From assembly GCA_963662315.1 (NCBI GenBank), contig OY759353.1:3776001-3840000 (forward strand): 64,000 nucleotides of DNA, read 5' to 3'. The notes under the pieces were generated by a model, which saw only the letters and a list, made by a program, of their open reading frames with translations, searched no databases and had not been told where the DNA came from. A program made the translations under genes and the position numbers. The DNA is from Geopsychrobacteraceae bacterium. Lineage in GTDB: Bacteria > Desulfobacterota > Desulfuromonadia > Desulfuromonadales > Geopsychrobacteraceae. This document shows, piece after piece, positions 48,067 through 57,638 of this stretch. The stretch's first letter is position 1. Each line of letters begins with the position of its first letter.

Positions 48067-48841
48067 TCTTGCCGATGCTCTGGTTGAGGGGCTTAAGGCG
48101 GAATTGTTTCTGACCCCAAAGCCCGGCCTTGTTGATCTGTGCAACACAGGATCGCATAAGGATCTGTCTTTGCTGACCATGGCCCGATCCATTACGTTAA
48201 TGCGTGTCTATTTTAAAGAGCTGTGTGCGGCATTGCTTACTCCGAGTGGCGGGCAGGATCCGGTCGCGATCGGACAGGCTGCTGAACAGCGAATGTTTGC
48301 AGCGCTGGCGACCAACTGCCACAAAGGGGGAATTTTCCTTTGTGGCTTGGTGCTTATCGGGGCCAGCCGTTGTGATATGCGCTCCCCTGAAGTGCTACGA
48401 GGGCAGGTTGCTCGTGCGGCTGAGGAGATTTTTTCAGATCGTGAGCGTTTGCGTGGTAGCCATGGTGATCTGGTCAGAAAGGACCATCCCTCTTCAGGTA
48501 TTGTGACGGAAGCATTAAATGGCTTACCCGGACTGTTTGATTGTGTATTGCCACAGATATTGCAATATCCAAGTGACATACGTGGTGTATTTATGGCTAT
48601 GGCAGAACTGATGCTTTATGTTGACGATTCGACAACACGTCACCGCTGTGGCGATGCCGGAATGGATATTTTACGGGCCGCTGGAAAGGAATTAAAGCAG
48701 TGTTTGCTGGCCGACCAGGATCATATCCATTTGTTGACCAGGCTTGATTGTGAATTCAGACAACAGAATCTGACGATGGGGGGCGTAGCTGATCTGCTGG
48801 GCGTCGGGCTTGGCTATGCTGCTTATCTGCAGAAGTTGTGA
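48032..48841 (+). CDS. citG: Triphosphoribosyl-dephospho-CoA synthase
   Basis: ELFLTPKPGLVD..GSHKD, NCHKGGIF, HRCG, NLTMGGVADL; start uncertain. Confidence 0.9.
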   Translation: MKNCSNPIQLFSLADALVEGLKAELFLTPKPGLVDLCNTGSHKDLSLLTMARSITLMRVYFKELCAALLTPSGGQDPVAIGQAAEQRMFAALATNCHKGGIFLCGLVLIGASRCDMRSPEVLRGQVARAAEEIFSDRERLRGSHGDLVRKDHPSSGIVTEALNGLPGLFDCVLPQILQYPSDIRGVFMAMAELMLYVDDSTTRHRCGDAGMDILRAAGKELKQCLLADQDHIHLLTRLDCEFRQQNLTMGGVADLLGVGLGYAAYLQKL

Positions 48842-49125
48842 CCTGGCCGCTTGGTTAGGATTTTGTGTCATTAAGAATCGAATACGATCCAGGAAAACAG
48901 CGGGGCGGACTATAGGTTCTTTTCCGCCATTTGTCCCATGTATAATCCCTCTCTTGCCTCATATTCCATTTGGGTTTATGATATTCTGTTGCCGACTCAA
49001 AGAAGTTATAAGGTTTCACGGTCAGCAATAAACTGTAATCCGTCTCACCTTTATTGGTGTCCAAAATGATAACCCAATCTGCTAGGCCTGTATTACTGCA
49101 GTAAACGAAAGCTTTAGGTTCTGTT

Positions 49126-50934
49126 GTGTCCAATCAAGCAAAAGGTATAGATCAATCCATCAAACATTCACTTCAGCAGTTTGTGCAGACATTGCTCAAA
49201 CATCTTAAAATCAGCGAAAATACCTTTTTAATTATTCTGGCCGTGATCATTGGTGTGCTGGGTGGGTTAGGCAATTTTTTATTTCGTCAGACCATCGAGT
49301 TGATTCACTGGCTGGTGTTTGAACAGGCCCATGAACGTTTCAATATTTCTGTCGATCATTGGTCTTGGGAACGTCTTTTGTTGATGTTTCTACCGGCTAT
49401 TGGTGGTTTACTGGTTATCCCTCTCTGGGTGTTTTTTGGTAAAGATTTAAAAGGGGGATTTTCAACCTTTCTGGTCAAGGTCAATCTGAAGGGTGCCAAG
49501 CTACCTTTAAGGCCGCTATTTACTAAAGGGTTAGGTTCCGCAATTACCCTGGGTACCGGCGGCAGCGCCGGGCAGGAAGGCCCCATCGCTGTTATCGGAG
49601 GGACCATCGGCAGCCAGTTTGGCAAGCTGTTCAAGGTCAGTGGTAATCGCCTTAAAGTCCTGGTGGCCTGTGGCGCCGCCGCCGGGGTTGCCGCAACTTT
49701 TAACGCTCCTATCGCCGGAGTTTTCTTCGCCGCTGAAATTGTGCTGCTGTCATCGTTTGAGCTGGCCAGTTTTACCTCCATTGTTATTGCCAGCGGTATG
49801 GCAACGGTTGTCTCACGGGCCCTGCTCGGTAACGTTTCAGAAATTGTTACTCCGAACTTTTCCCTGCACAGCTACTGGGAGCTTGGCCTTTATGTTGTCC
49901 TCGGATTTGTTATCGGTGGCCTGGCTGCCGGATTTATCGACCTGCATTTCCGCATTAAGGATATTATCGATGCCATCAAAATACCACGGTTGGCCAAACC
50001 TGTTGTAGGTGGCCTTTTCGTCGGTCTGGTCGGGGTTTTCCTACCACAGGTGTTTGGTAACGGTTACGGTTTTATCAGTCAGGTTCTGCACGGTAATTTT
50101 CCCTGGTATCTGCTGGCAGTGCTGGTTATTGCCAAAATGGTTGCGACATCTGTGACCCTGGGTTCCGGATTGCCTGGCGGCATGTTTGCCCCCTGCTTGT
50201 TCCTGGGGGCTGTCGCCGGAGGCGCTTTCGGCAACCTGATAGAAGCTCTGTTTCCAGGTTTGGCTATTTCCGGAGGGGCTTATGCGTTGGTCGGCATGGG
50301 AGCCTTCCTGGCCGCTGCCACCCATTCGCCCATGACAGCTATCTTTCTGTTGTTTGAGACAACCGACAGTTACGAGGTTATTGTTCCGATTATGATTACC
50401 TGCGTTATCGGAACGACAATTGCCCGGCGGATTAAAAAGGAAAGCCTTGAAACTGCGGAGCTTAGCCGGCTGGGGATAGATCTTGAGGCTGGAAAAGAAC
50501 GCAATATCATGAAGAGCCTTGCTGTTGGTGAAGTGATGCAGCGGCGTGTTGAAAGTGTTCCGGAGAGTATGACGCTGGGTGAGTTTTCCCGCTTCATACA
50601 ACGCACCCATCACACCAACTTCCCACTGGTGAATAGTGCCGGAGAATTGACAGGCATTATTTCGGTACAGGATTTTCTTGGTGCTGTTTTTGAGAAGGAA
50701 TTGATGGATCTGGTTGTGGTCAAGGAGCTGGCGACAACTGATGTGGTCACTGTTCACGCCGAAGAGGATCTTGACGCGGCGATGCGCAAGATCGGTTATC
50801 GTAATATTGAACAGTTGCCGGTCGTTGACCGGGAAACGCACCGCAAGCTGTATGGCATTATCTCACGGCGCGACATGATTTCAGCCTATAACCGGGTGCT
50901 CATGAGCCGGACTCTGGTGGACGACGATGATTGA
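49126..50934 (+). CDS. ClC-family chloride channel/transporter with a CBS pair
   Basis: GSAGQEGP, FNAPIAG, GGMFAP, C-terminal CBS domains. Confidence 0.93.
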   Translation: MSNQAKGIDQSIKHSLQQFVQTLLKHLKISENTFLIILAVIIGVLGGLGNFLFRQTIELIHWLVFEQAHERFNISVDHWSWERLLLMFLPAIGGLLVIPLWVFFGKDLKGGFSTFLVKVNLKGAKLPLRPLFTKGLGSAITLGTGGSAGQEGPIAVIGGTIGSQFGKLFKVSGNRLKVLVACGAAAGVAATFNAPIAGVFFAAEIVLLSSFELASFTSIVIASGMATVVSRALLGNVSEIVTPNFSLHSYWELGLYVVLGFVIGGLAAGFIDLHFRIKDIIDAIKIPRLAKPVVGGLFVGLVGVFLPQVFGNGYGFISQVLHGNFPWYLLAVLVIAKMVATSVTLGSGLPGGMFAPCLFLGAVAGGAFGNLIEALFPGLAISGGAYALVGMGAFLAAATHSPMTAIFLLFETTDSYEVIVPIMITCVIGTTIARRIKKESLETAELSRLGIDLEAGKERNIMKSLAVGEVMQRRVESVPESMTLGEFSRFIQRTHHTNFPLVNSAGELTGIISVQDFLGAVFEKELMDLVVVKELATTDVVTVHAEEDLDAAMRKIGYRNIEQLPVVDRETHRKLYGIISRRDMISAYNRVLMSRTLVDDDD

Positions 50935-53173
50935 TCTGCTGACCCATCTCAATGAACCGCAGCGCCAGGCTGTGTTGCATGGTGATGCTCCGTTGCTACT
51001 GCTTGCCGGGGCCGGATCAGGGAAGACCAGGGCATTGACCCATCGGGTTGCCTATCTGATTCAGGAACGGGGGGTGCCTGCCTGGCGGATTATGGCGGTC
51101 ACCTTTACCAACAAAGCGGCCAATGAAATGCGTGAACGGCTGGAGGCTCTGCTCGGTAGTGGAGACCTGCCCTGGGTCGCGACCTTTCACGCCAGCTGTG
51201 TTCGTATTTTGCGCCAGGACATAGAGGCGCTAGGTTTTGGCCGGGATTTTTCCATTTATGATGATCAGGATCAACTGCGTCTGCTCCGTGATCTTCTCAA
51301 AGAAATGGATATTCCTGAAAAAGTTTTGAAACCGCGTGCTGCGGCCGGAGCCATTGACAGTGCAAAAAATCGTGGTTTAGGCCCTGCGAGCTACGCTGCA
51401 CAACATCCTGATCAACCTCTCGTGGCTGAAATTTACGAGCGTTACCAAGCCAAGTTAAAAGCCGCCAATGCCGTTGATTTTGGTGATCTTCTGCTGCTGA
51501 CGGTGCGTTTGCTGGAAGATCATGCCGCGGTGCGTGAGCGTTGGCAACAGCGGTTTACCCATATTCTGATTGATGAATTTCAGGATACCAACAGTGTTCA
51601 GTATCGCCTGATGCAGCTGTTGGCCACTCCTGAAACGGCTCTGTGCGTGGTCGGTGATGACGACCAGTCCATCTATCGCTGGCGTGGTGCGGAAGTTGGT
51701 AATATCCTCGGGTTTGATCTGGATTTTCCTGGGGCCAGAATTATTCGCCTGGAGCAGAATTACCGTTCGACGCGTAATATTATCGAAGCTGCCGGGGCGG
51801 TTGTCGGGCGGAATACCGACCGCCGGGAGAAGCAACTATGGACCGATAATCCCGCTGGGGAACCGTTGCACATTGAAACTGCAGCGGACGATCTTGAAGA
51901 AGCGCACTTTGTGGCGCGTGAAATTGAACGCTGTCAGCGGAGCGGCTATGATTTGCGTGACGTTGCGGTGTTCTATCGCACCAACGCCCAGTCCCGTGCG
52001 CTTGAAGAAGCCTTGCGTGCCAGTCGCATCCCTTATGCCATGTTCGGGGGGCTGAAGTTTTATGCGCGGCAGGAAATTAAAGATGCTTTGGCTTACTTGC
52101 GAATACTGGTGAATCCACAGGATTCTCTTTCGGTCAGACGCATTATCAATGTTCCGGCGCGGGGCATTGGTGCAACGACCATTGCCAAAATAGCTGCTTT
52201 AGAAGAGGAGGCCGGAGGGTTCCTGGCGGCTTGTCGCCAAGTTGTTGAAGAAAAGATTTTAAGTGGTGTCGCGGCAAAAAAAGTCACAGAGTTTGTCGCT
52301 TTGATCGATGATTTTACAACCCGTCTTGAGCGTCTTCCCTATCCCCAGCTGATGGCTGAACTGCTTCATGAGAGTGGTTACAGTCCGGTCTTGCTCGAAG
52401 ACGCGCAGAACGCCATGACCGGAGACGGGAAACAGGAGGCGAAAGGGCGGCTCGAGAACCTTGAACAGCTGCTTGCCGGTATGGAAGAGCATGCCAGTCA
52501 TGCAGGCTCTCTGTCCGAATATCTGGAACAGGTGGCACTTATTTCGGATCTGGATAAGCATGATCCGGCTCAGCAGAGGGTCACCTTGATGACTTTGCAT
52601 TCAGCAAAAGGGCTGGAATTTCCCATCGTGTTTATGACCGGAATGGAAGAGGGATTGTTTCCACATTCGCGTACCGGCGCCTTGGGGGAAGAGTTGGCTG
52701 AGGAGCGACGACTCTGCTATGTCGGCATGACCAGAGCGATGCGGCGTCTCTATCTGTCGCATGCTCGCCGGCGCCGGGTTTACGGTTCATACCAGTTTAA
52801 TCCGCCGAGTCGTTTTCTGGCTGAGATCCCGGCGCATCTGATTGCTGGCAACGATTCCCTACCTGTGCCAGATGCAAAGCCAAAGGGGCTCCATAATCTG
52901 GCAGGCCTGGCAGACCTGGTCGCTGCAGAACCCGTACCACCGGTTGTTGTTGAATCTGTTACCGAACCGGTAGCAGCAGTTCCGGACGATGTCCCTGAAG
53001 TTGATACCCAGGGGGGCTTACGTCTGGGTACCCGGGTTCGCCACATCAAATTCGGCATTGGTACGATCCGACGGATCGAAGGTTCTGGAGACAAGCAGAA
53101 AGTAACCATCTATTTCAATTCCGTCGGAAGCAAGAAATTGCTCGCAAAATTCGCTGGACTGATACCCGTTTAG
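50927..53173 (+). CDS. pcrA: ATP-dependent DNA helicase PcrA/UvrD
   Basis: AGAGSGKT, DEFQDTN, GDDDQSIY, EQNYRS, TLHSAKGLEF, EERRLCYVGMTRA, C-terminal Tudor-like domain. Confidence 0.95.
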   Translation: MIDLLTHLNEPQRQAVLHGDAPLLLLAGAGSGKTRALTHRVAYLIQERGVPAWRIMAVTFTNKAANEMRERLEALLGSGDLPWVATFHASCVRILRQDIEALGFGRDFSIYDDQDQLRLLRDLLKEMDIPEKVLKPRAAAGAIDSAKNRGLGPASYAAQHPDQPLVAEIYERYQAKLKAANAVDFGDLLLLTVRLLEDHAAVRERWQQRFTHILIDEFQDTNSVQYRLMQLLATPETALCVVGDDDQSIYRWRGAEVGNILGFDLDFPGARIIRLEQNYRSTRNIIEAAGAVVGRNTDRREKQLWTDNPAGEPLHIETAADDLEEAHFVAREIERCQRSGYDLRDVAVFYRTNAQSRALEEALRASRIPYAMFGGLKFYARQEIKDALAYLRILVNPQDSLSVRRIINVPARGIGATTIAKIAALEEEAGGFLAACRQVVEEKILSGVAAKKVTEFVALIDDFTTRLERLPYPQLMAELLHESGYSPVLLEDAQNAMTGDGKQEAKGRLENLEQLLAGMEEHASHAGSLSEYLEQVALISDLDKHDPAQQRVTLMTLHSAKGLEFPIVFMTGMEEGLFPHSRTGALGEELAEERRLCYVGMTRAMRRLYLSHARRRRVYGSYQFNPPSRFLAEIPAHLIAGNDSLPVPDAKPKGLHNLAGLADLVAAEPVPPVVVESVTEPVAAVPDDVPEVDTQGGLRLGTRVRHIKFGIGTIRRIEGSGDKQKVTIYFNSVGSKKLLAKFAGLIPV

Positions 53174-53181
53174 AGGGGAGC

Positions 53182-56100
53182 ATGGAAGTTACAGAAAACT
53201 TCACACTGTTGCTGGTTGATGATAATCCGACCAACTTGATGTTGCTGGCCCAGATCATTGAAATGGACCTTCCCAATGTCAGAGTTTTGCAGGCCCGTAG
53301 TGCGCGCGAAGGGTTGGCCCTGGCGGATGAAGAAGCTGTCGATGGGGCCTTCATCGATGTCCAGATGCCGCATGTGAGCGGATTGGATATGTGCCGCGAA
53401 TTGCGCAAACGGCCCCATACGGCAAATATCCCACTGGTACTGTTGACCGCTCATATGGCGGCTCCGGAAATGCGTGCTGAAGGGCTGGAAGTCGGCGCTT
53501 ACGATTTTATTACCCAGCCGATCAGCAATGTCGAAATGCTTGCGCGCGTAAAGGTCATGTTACGCATGTGCTCCGATGACCGGCGCATCAGTAAGAATCG
53601 GTTACAGCTTAAGCAGGAATTGTTTGAGCGCTCTGATCATCTGCGCTGGATTAGTGGTTTGCTGATTTCCGGAAATGGTGCCCTTAAAGAGCAGGACGAA
53701 GCGGCATTGCAACGGTTGTCACAAACGGTTGCAGAAATGAAAGCCGCTGATGCCCAGCTGTCATTTGACCAGGTGGTTCTGGCCTTGCCCATGCCGTGGC
53801 GTCGCACCCTGCTGAAGCTGGCACTGCTTGAGTCGGTACCTATGCCTCTGGCCCATGAGCTGAGTGAAATCAATGATATTCGGGCCGTTGTTACTTATCT
53901 GGAACGGCATGATGTGCTGGTTCTGGATCAGGGGAGTTGCAGTGAACGTTTGATTTTCAACAACGAGATTCGCACCTTTCTGTGTCAGCGCGCCTACTCC
54001 GACCTGAGTGAGTCTGAACGGCAGAAGGTCTTGGTACAGGCTGCTAACTGGTACCGCTGTGAAAAGGATTATCGTGGCGTTGTCAGCTGTTTGGTTGCTG
54101 CGCAAAGATATGAAGAGACGGCGCTGATCTTCAGTCAGATCGGGTTCAGTATGGGCATGCATCGCTTCAGCAGGGATTTGCTGGATTTTGTCGGGGCGAT
54201 TCCGGATGATGTGCTGGTGACGAACGGCTGGCTGACTCTTTTTAAAGCGCGCAGTTTGCTGAAGGGCTTTTCGCCGGATACGACAATCTGGCTTGAGCTG
54301 GCCTGGCAGCATTTTGAAGTTAACCAGGATCCGCGCGGTTTATTGCTGACTATGGTTCTGCAGGCTATTCAGTCAATTTATATTGATGGGAGTTACGAAA
54401 ACTGGACAGACCGAGTCGCTTATTTCAGGCATTTGTACACTGAAAATGCTGACGCTTTGCACCCGACGGAGCGTTTCAAGGTTCTGTTCGCTCTGTGTCT
54501 GCTGGAAATATTTGTCAATGGTGACCTGGCGCGAGCGGATGCCATTGTTTCTGATAGTCTGGCCTCTGCTCAGCAGCAGAAGCATGTGGAGGCCCAGCTT
54601 GAGTTTATCATCATTCGGATCAATATCGCTCTTTTGCAGGGTCGATTACGGGTAGCCGCCGCCTTTCTCGAACAGGGGTTCAAGTTGGCCGGACCTTTGA
54701 GTGATCCGGTCTTTGATTTGGTTCTGGAAAAGATGGGGTGTGGATTTTTACACGCCAGGGGCGATCATCGCGGGGTGGAACGCCTGTGTCGCGGTATTGT
54801 ATCGCGCCTTGGTTCGACCGTTTTACAGCGTACCGTTATCGACTCTCAACTGACCTACCTTCAGGTTCTGTTACTCCTCCCTTTTGCTGAACAAAGGGTG
54901 GCCTTTGACTTGCTAGATATCTCATTGACCAACACTCAGAGATTTGAGTATGGTCATCCGCACAGTCGCTTGCTGCAGGTGCGAGGTTTGCTTAAGGCTC
55001 TCTCCGGCCAGGAGGCGGAGGCGTGGAGTGATATGCAGGCCGCTTTGCAGTTAAGGCAACAGGCCGGGGGACAGCTGTTCAGTCAGGAAAACCGTTTGCT
55101 GGCAGCCATGACTTGTTATCAGTTGAAAGATTATGAACAGGCTCAGAGTTATCTGGATGATACCCTGTCTGAAGCGACACTGGCCGATCGGATTCGCCCT
55201 GGGGTCCACGCCTGGCTTGCGGCCGTATTGCTGAAGCGCAGAAAACGGACTAAAGCGCTTGAGCAGTTTCAGCTATTGATGGACTGTTTACGCAAGCAGC
55301 GTAACTGTTACTTCTGGGGATTGACCCGGGATTTGCCCGATTCCCTGTTGCCGTTGATCGGCAGTAAGCAGGATGTTTGTTTGCTGCGGCCGATGTTCGA
55401 AAAATTTCAAAGCAAAACCCTGACGCTGGCTGGCCAGCCGATACCGGCGCTGAAAGTGCGCTGTCTTGGTGTTTTCGAGGTGGAATTATCTGGCCGGGTT
55501 TTCAGTATGGGGGATGTCGGACACGCCTCACGACAGATTTTTTCCCTGCTACTGGCAGCTCCGGGGTTATCATTGAGCATTGAGAAAATCATGACTTCTC
55601 TATGGCCCGACAGTGCGCCGCCGAAAGCCCGAAACAGTTTTGATACAGCTCATCTGCGCTTGCGTAAAGCACTTGAGGCGATGTTCGGTGACTGTGTCAG
55701 AAAAGATTATCTGGTCCTTGAGAAGGGGTTATTGTCGTTAAGGCACGCACAGATTGACAGTGCGGCCTTTTGCCAGACGTATGAACGGGTTCTGTATCAC
55801 CTGCAACGCGAGAATTTTTGGCAGGCTGAAAACGCCTGCCGCAATATGGATCAACTCTGGCAAGGAAAGTTCCTTAACGGTTATGATCTTGACGATGAAT
55901 TGGCGGCGCTCGGGGAACAGCTTAACCAGATGCGTATTGATCAGTTAAGTCATCTGGCAAATCTGCTGATCAAAAAACATAAAGGCGAAGAAGCAAAAAG
56001 CTTGTTGTTGCAATGTCTGAACCTTGACCCCACCCAGGATTCAATAATACGGCAATTGTTGTTGCTTTATCGGGGGCAACGGGACTATCGTTCTGCCTCT

Positions 56101-56214
56101 GCACTTCTTGAACAATATCGTAAAGCCCTTCTAGCAGAAGAGTATGATCAGGATGAAGTTGATGAATTGCTGGAAGCTCTGGATGGAAAATGGTCATCTG
56201 TGGCCGAATTATAA
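53182..56214 (+). CDS. Large response regulator: receiver + MalT-like/TPR region + winged helix + BTAD
   Basis: LVDDN..FIDVQMP receiver; long helical repeats; VRCLGVFEV, LWPD..KARNSF..LRKAL, ID..F, GKFL C-terminal SARP/BTAD pattern. Confidence 0.8.
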   Translation: MEVTENFTLLLVDDNPTNLMLLAQIIEMDLPNVRVLQARSAREGLALADEEAVDGAFIDVQMPHVSGLDMCRELRKRPHTANIPLVLLTAHMAAPEMRAEGLEVGAYDFITQPISNVEMLARVKVMLRMCSDDRRISKNRLQLKQELFERSDHLRWISGLLISGNGALKEQDEAALQRLSQTVAEMKAADAQLSFDQVVLALPMPWRRTLLKLALLESVPMPLAHELSEINDIRAVVTYLERHDVLVLDQGSCSERLIFNNEIRTFLCQRAYSDLSESERQKVLVQAANWYRCEKDYRGVVSCLVAAQRYEETALIFSQIGFSMGMHRFSRDLLDFVGAIPDDVLVTNGWLTLFKARSLLKGFSPDTTIWLELAWQHFEVNQDPRGLLLTMVLQAIQSIYIDGSYENWTDRVAYFRHLYTENADALHPTERFKVLFALCLLEIFVNGDLARADAIVSDSLASAQQQKHVEAQLEFIIIRINIALLQGRLRVAAAFLEQGFKLAGPLSDPVFDLVLEKMGCGFLHARGDHRGVERLCRGIVSRLGSTVLQRTVIDSQLTYLQVLLLLPFAEQRVAFDLLDISLTNTQRFEYGHPHSRLLQVRGLLKALSGQEAEAWSDMQAALQLRQQAGGQLFSQENRLLAAMTCYQLKDYEQAQSYLDDTLSEATLADRIRPGVHAWLAAVLLKRRKRTKALEQFQLLMDCLRKQRNCYFWGLTRDLPDSLLPLIGSKQDVCLLRPMFEKFQSKTLTLAGQPIPALKVRCLGVFEVELSGRVFSMGDVGHASRQIFSLLLAAPGLSLSIEKIMTSLWPDSAPPKARNSFDTAHLRLRKALEAMFGDCVRKDYLVLEKGLLSLRHAQIDSAAFCQTYERVLYHLQRENFWQAENACRNMDQLWQGKFLNGYDLDDELAALGEQLNQMRIDQLSHLANLLIKKHKGEEAKSLLLQCLNLDPTQDSIIRQLLLLYRGQRDYRSASALLEQYRKALLAEEYDQDEVDELLEALDGKWSSVAEL

Positions 56215-56232
56215 TAAATAGGGAGATATGTT

Positions 56233-57102
56233 ATGAGTAGTTGTGATGGATGTAATGATAGTTCCTGTTCAGTTAAACAGACTGCAGACCCTAATGATCA
56301 GCAGCAGCAGATGAAGCAGGCCCTTGCAAAGCGCATGTGTGGCATCAAGAACAAGATCGTGGTTATGTCCGGTAAAGGGGGGGTTGGTAAAAGTACTACA
56401 GCTGTCAATCTGTCCCTGGCCCTGGCCAAAAAGGGGCACGCTGTTGGGCTTCTGGATATTGACCTGCATGGTCCTAGTATTCCCAAAATGTTCGGGGTTG
56501 AGAACCAGCGGCCAAAATTCGATGAAAGCGGCTTGTTCCCTATTGAAGTATCCGGTATCAAACTGATGTCACTTGGCTTTTTGCTGCCATCAACCAGTGA
56601 TGCGAGCATCATGCGCGGACCGATGAAACATGGCGCCATCCAGCAGTTGCTGACCGATGTCAATTGGGGGGATCTGGATTATTTGGTGCTTGACTGTCCC
56701 CCGGGAACCGGTGATGAACCATTAAGTGCTGTACATCTTCTGGGCAGCAGCTCTTCAGCCGTTGTCGTCACGACTCCGCAGGATGTTGCTTTGAGCGATG
56801 TTGAGCGCTCACTGAGCTTCTGTCGTGAGGTGAAACTTCCGGTTATCGGACTGGTCGAAAACATGAGCGGTTTTATCTGTCCCCACTGCGGTGGAAAGTC
56901 CGATATCTTCAAGAGCGGTGGCGCTGAAAAACTGGCTGAGAAAACCGGGGCCACCCTGCTTGCCAAAGTACCGTTTGAGCCACTGGTGGTCATTGGTGGC
57001 GACTCAGGTATGCCTCATTTACTGGCTTATCCGGATTCTGCTAATAGTGAAGCTTTGCTGAGTGTAGCTGACGCCGTTATCAAATACTGCCAGGCCGATT
57101 AA
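56233..57102 (+). CDS. mrp: Mrp/NBP35 Fe-S cluster carrier ATPase
   Basis: N-terminal CDGCNDSSC, SGKGGVGKST, DCPPGTGDE, VTTPQ, ENMS..CPHC. Confidence 0.93.
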   Translation: MSSCDGCNDSSCSVKQTADPNDQQQQMKQALAKRMCGIKNKIVVMSGKGGVGKSTTAVNLSLALAKKGHAVGLLDIDLHGPSIPKMFGVENQRPKFDESGLFPIEVSGIKLMSLGFLLPSTSDASIMRGPMKHGAIQQLLTDVNWGDLDYLVLDCPPGTGDEPLSAVHLLGSSSSAVVVTTPQDVALSDVERSLSFCREVKLPVIGLVENMSGFICPHCGGKSDIFKSGGAEKLAEKTGATLLAKVPFEPLVVIGGDSGMPHLLAYPDSANSEALLSVADAVIKYCQAD

Positions 57103-57164
57103 GGTCAACACGCGGGTTCTCCTTGCCTGGCGTCTGCTAAGATGTTATTTCTGAACACTAAAAA

Positions 57165-57195
57165 TAGGGGTGCGGAAGGTCTACCGCACCCCTAC
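57165..57195 (-). repeat. Single GTAG-type REP-like palindrome
   Basis: Minus strand GTAGGGGTGCGG-TAGACCTT-CCGCACCCCTA: GTAG end plus a perfect 11-bp stem. Confidence 0.55.
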
Positions 57196-57266
57196 AGGTG
57201 TCTGTTGATCGACCTGTTTACGGGTGGATTTCTGAAGTAAAGCAATTTGGAATGTCGAGGATTAAT

Positions 57267-57554
57267 ATGAAGATCAGTCAACAGGATGTTGAATATGTGG
57301 CCCGCCTGGCCCGTCTGACGCTGGAACCGGAGGAACTGGCCACCATGACCGAGCAGATGGACGCTATTCTCGGTTATGTGGATAAGCTCAATGAGCTCGA
57401 TACCGATGGTATTGAGCCGACTGCTCATGCCGTACCAATGGCCAATGCGTTCAGAGCCGACGAAATTAAAGCGTCGGTTGGCATTGAACGAGCGTTGCAG
57501 AATGCCCCTGAGAGTCATAACGGTTGTTTCAGAGTTCCTAAAGTCATTGAGTAG
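57267..57554 (+). CDS. gatC: Asp/Glu-tRNA amidotransferase subunit C
   Basis: Start ATG 57267 (GAGG SD); VARLARL, ELDTDGIEPT, NAP..FRVPKV. Confidence 0.95.
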   Translation: MKISQQDVEYVARLARLTLEPEELATMTEQMDAILGYVDKLNELDTDGIEPTAHAVPMANAFRADEIKASVGIERALQNAPESHNGCFRVPKVIE

Positions 57555-57638
57555 TATTGGCTGCTGATTGATATCAGGGCGGAGTTATTTTTAAGGGTTA
57601 CCAGCACTTAAACTGTGACCGACAGTTTTGGAGTTTTT

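Noticed and set aside
48855..49133. 92-aa minus-strand ORF between citG and the ClC gene
   Set aside because: No motifs or clear SD, and it overlaps the ClC start; more likely promoter and terminator DNA.
52850..53010. Pro/Val/Glu-rich stretch in PcrA as an insertion or intein
   Set aside because: It sits at the normal variable linker before the C-terminal domain and has no intein motifs.
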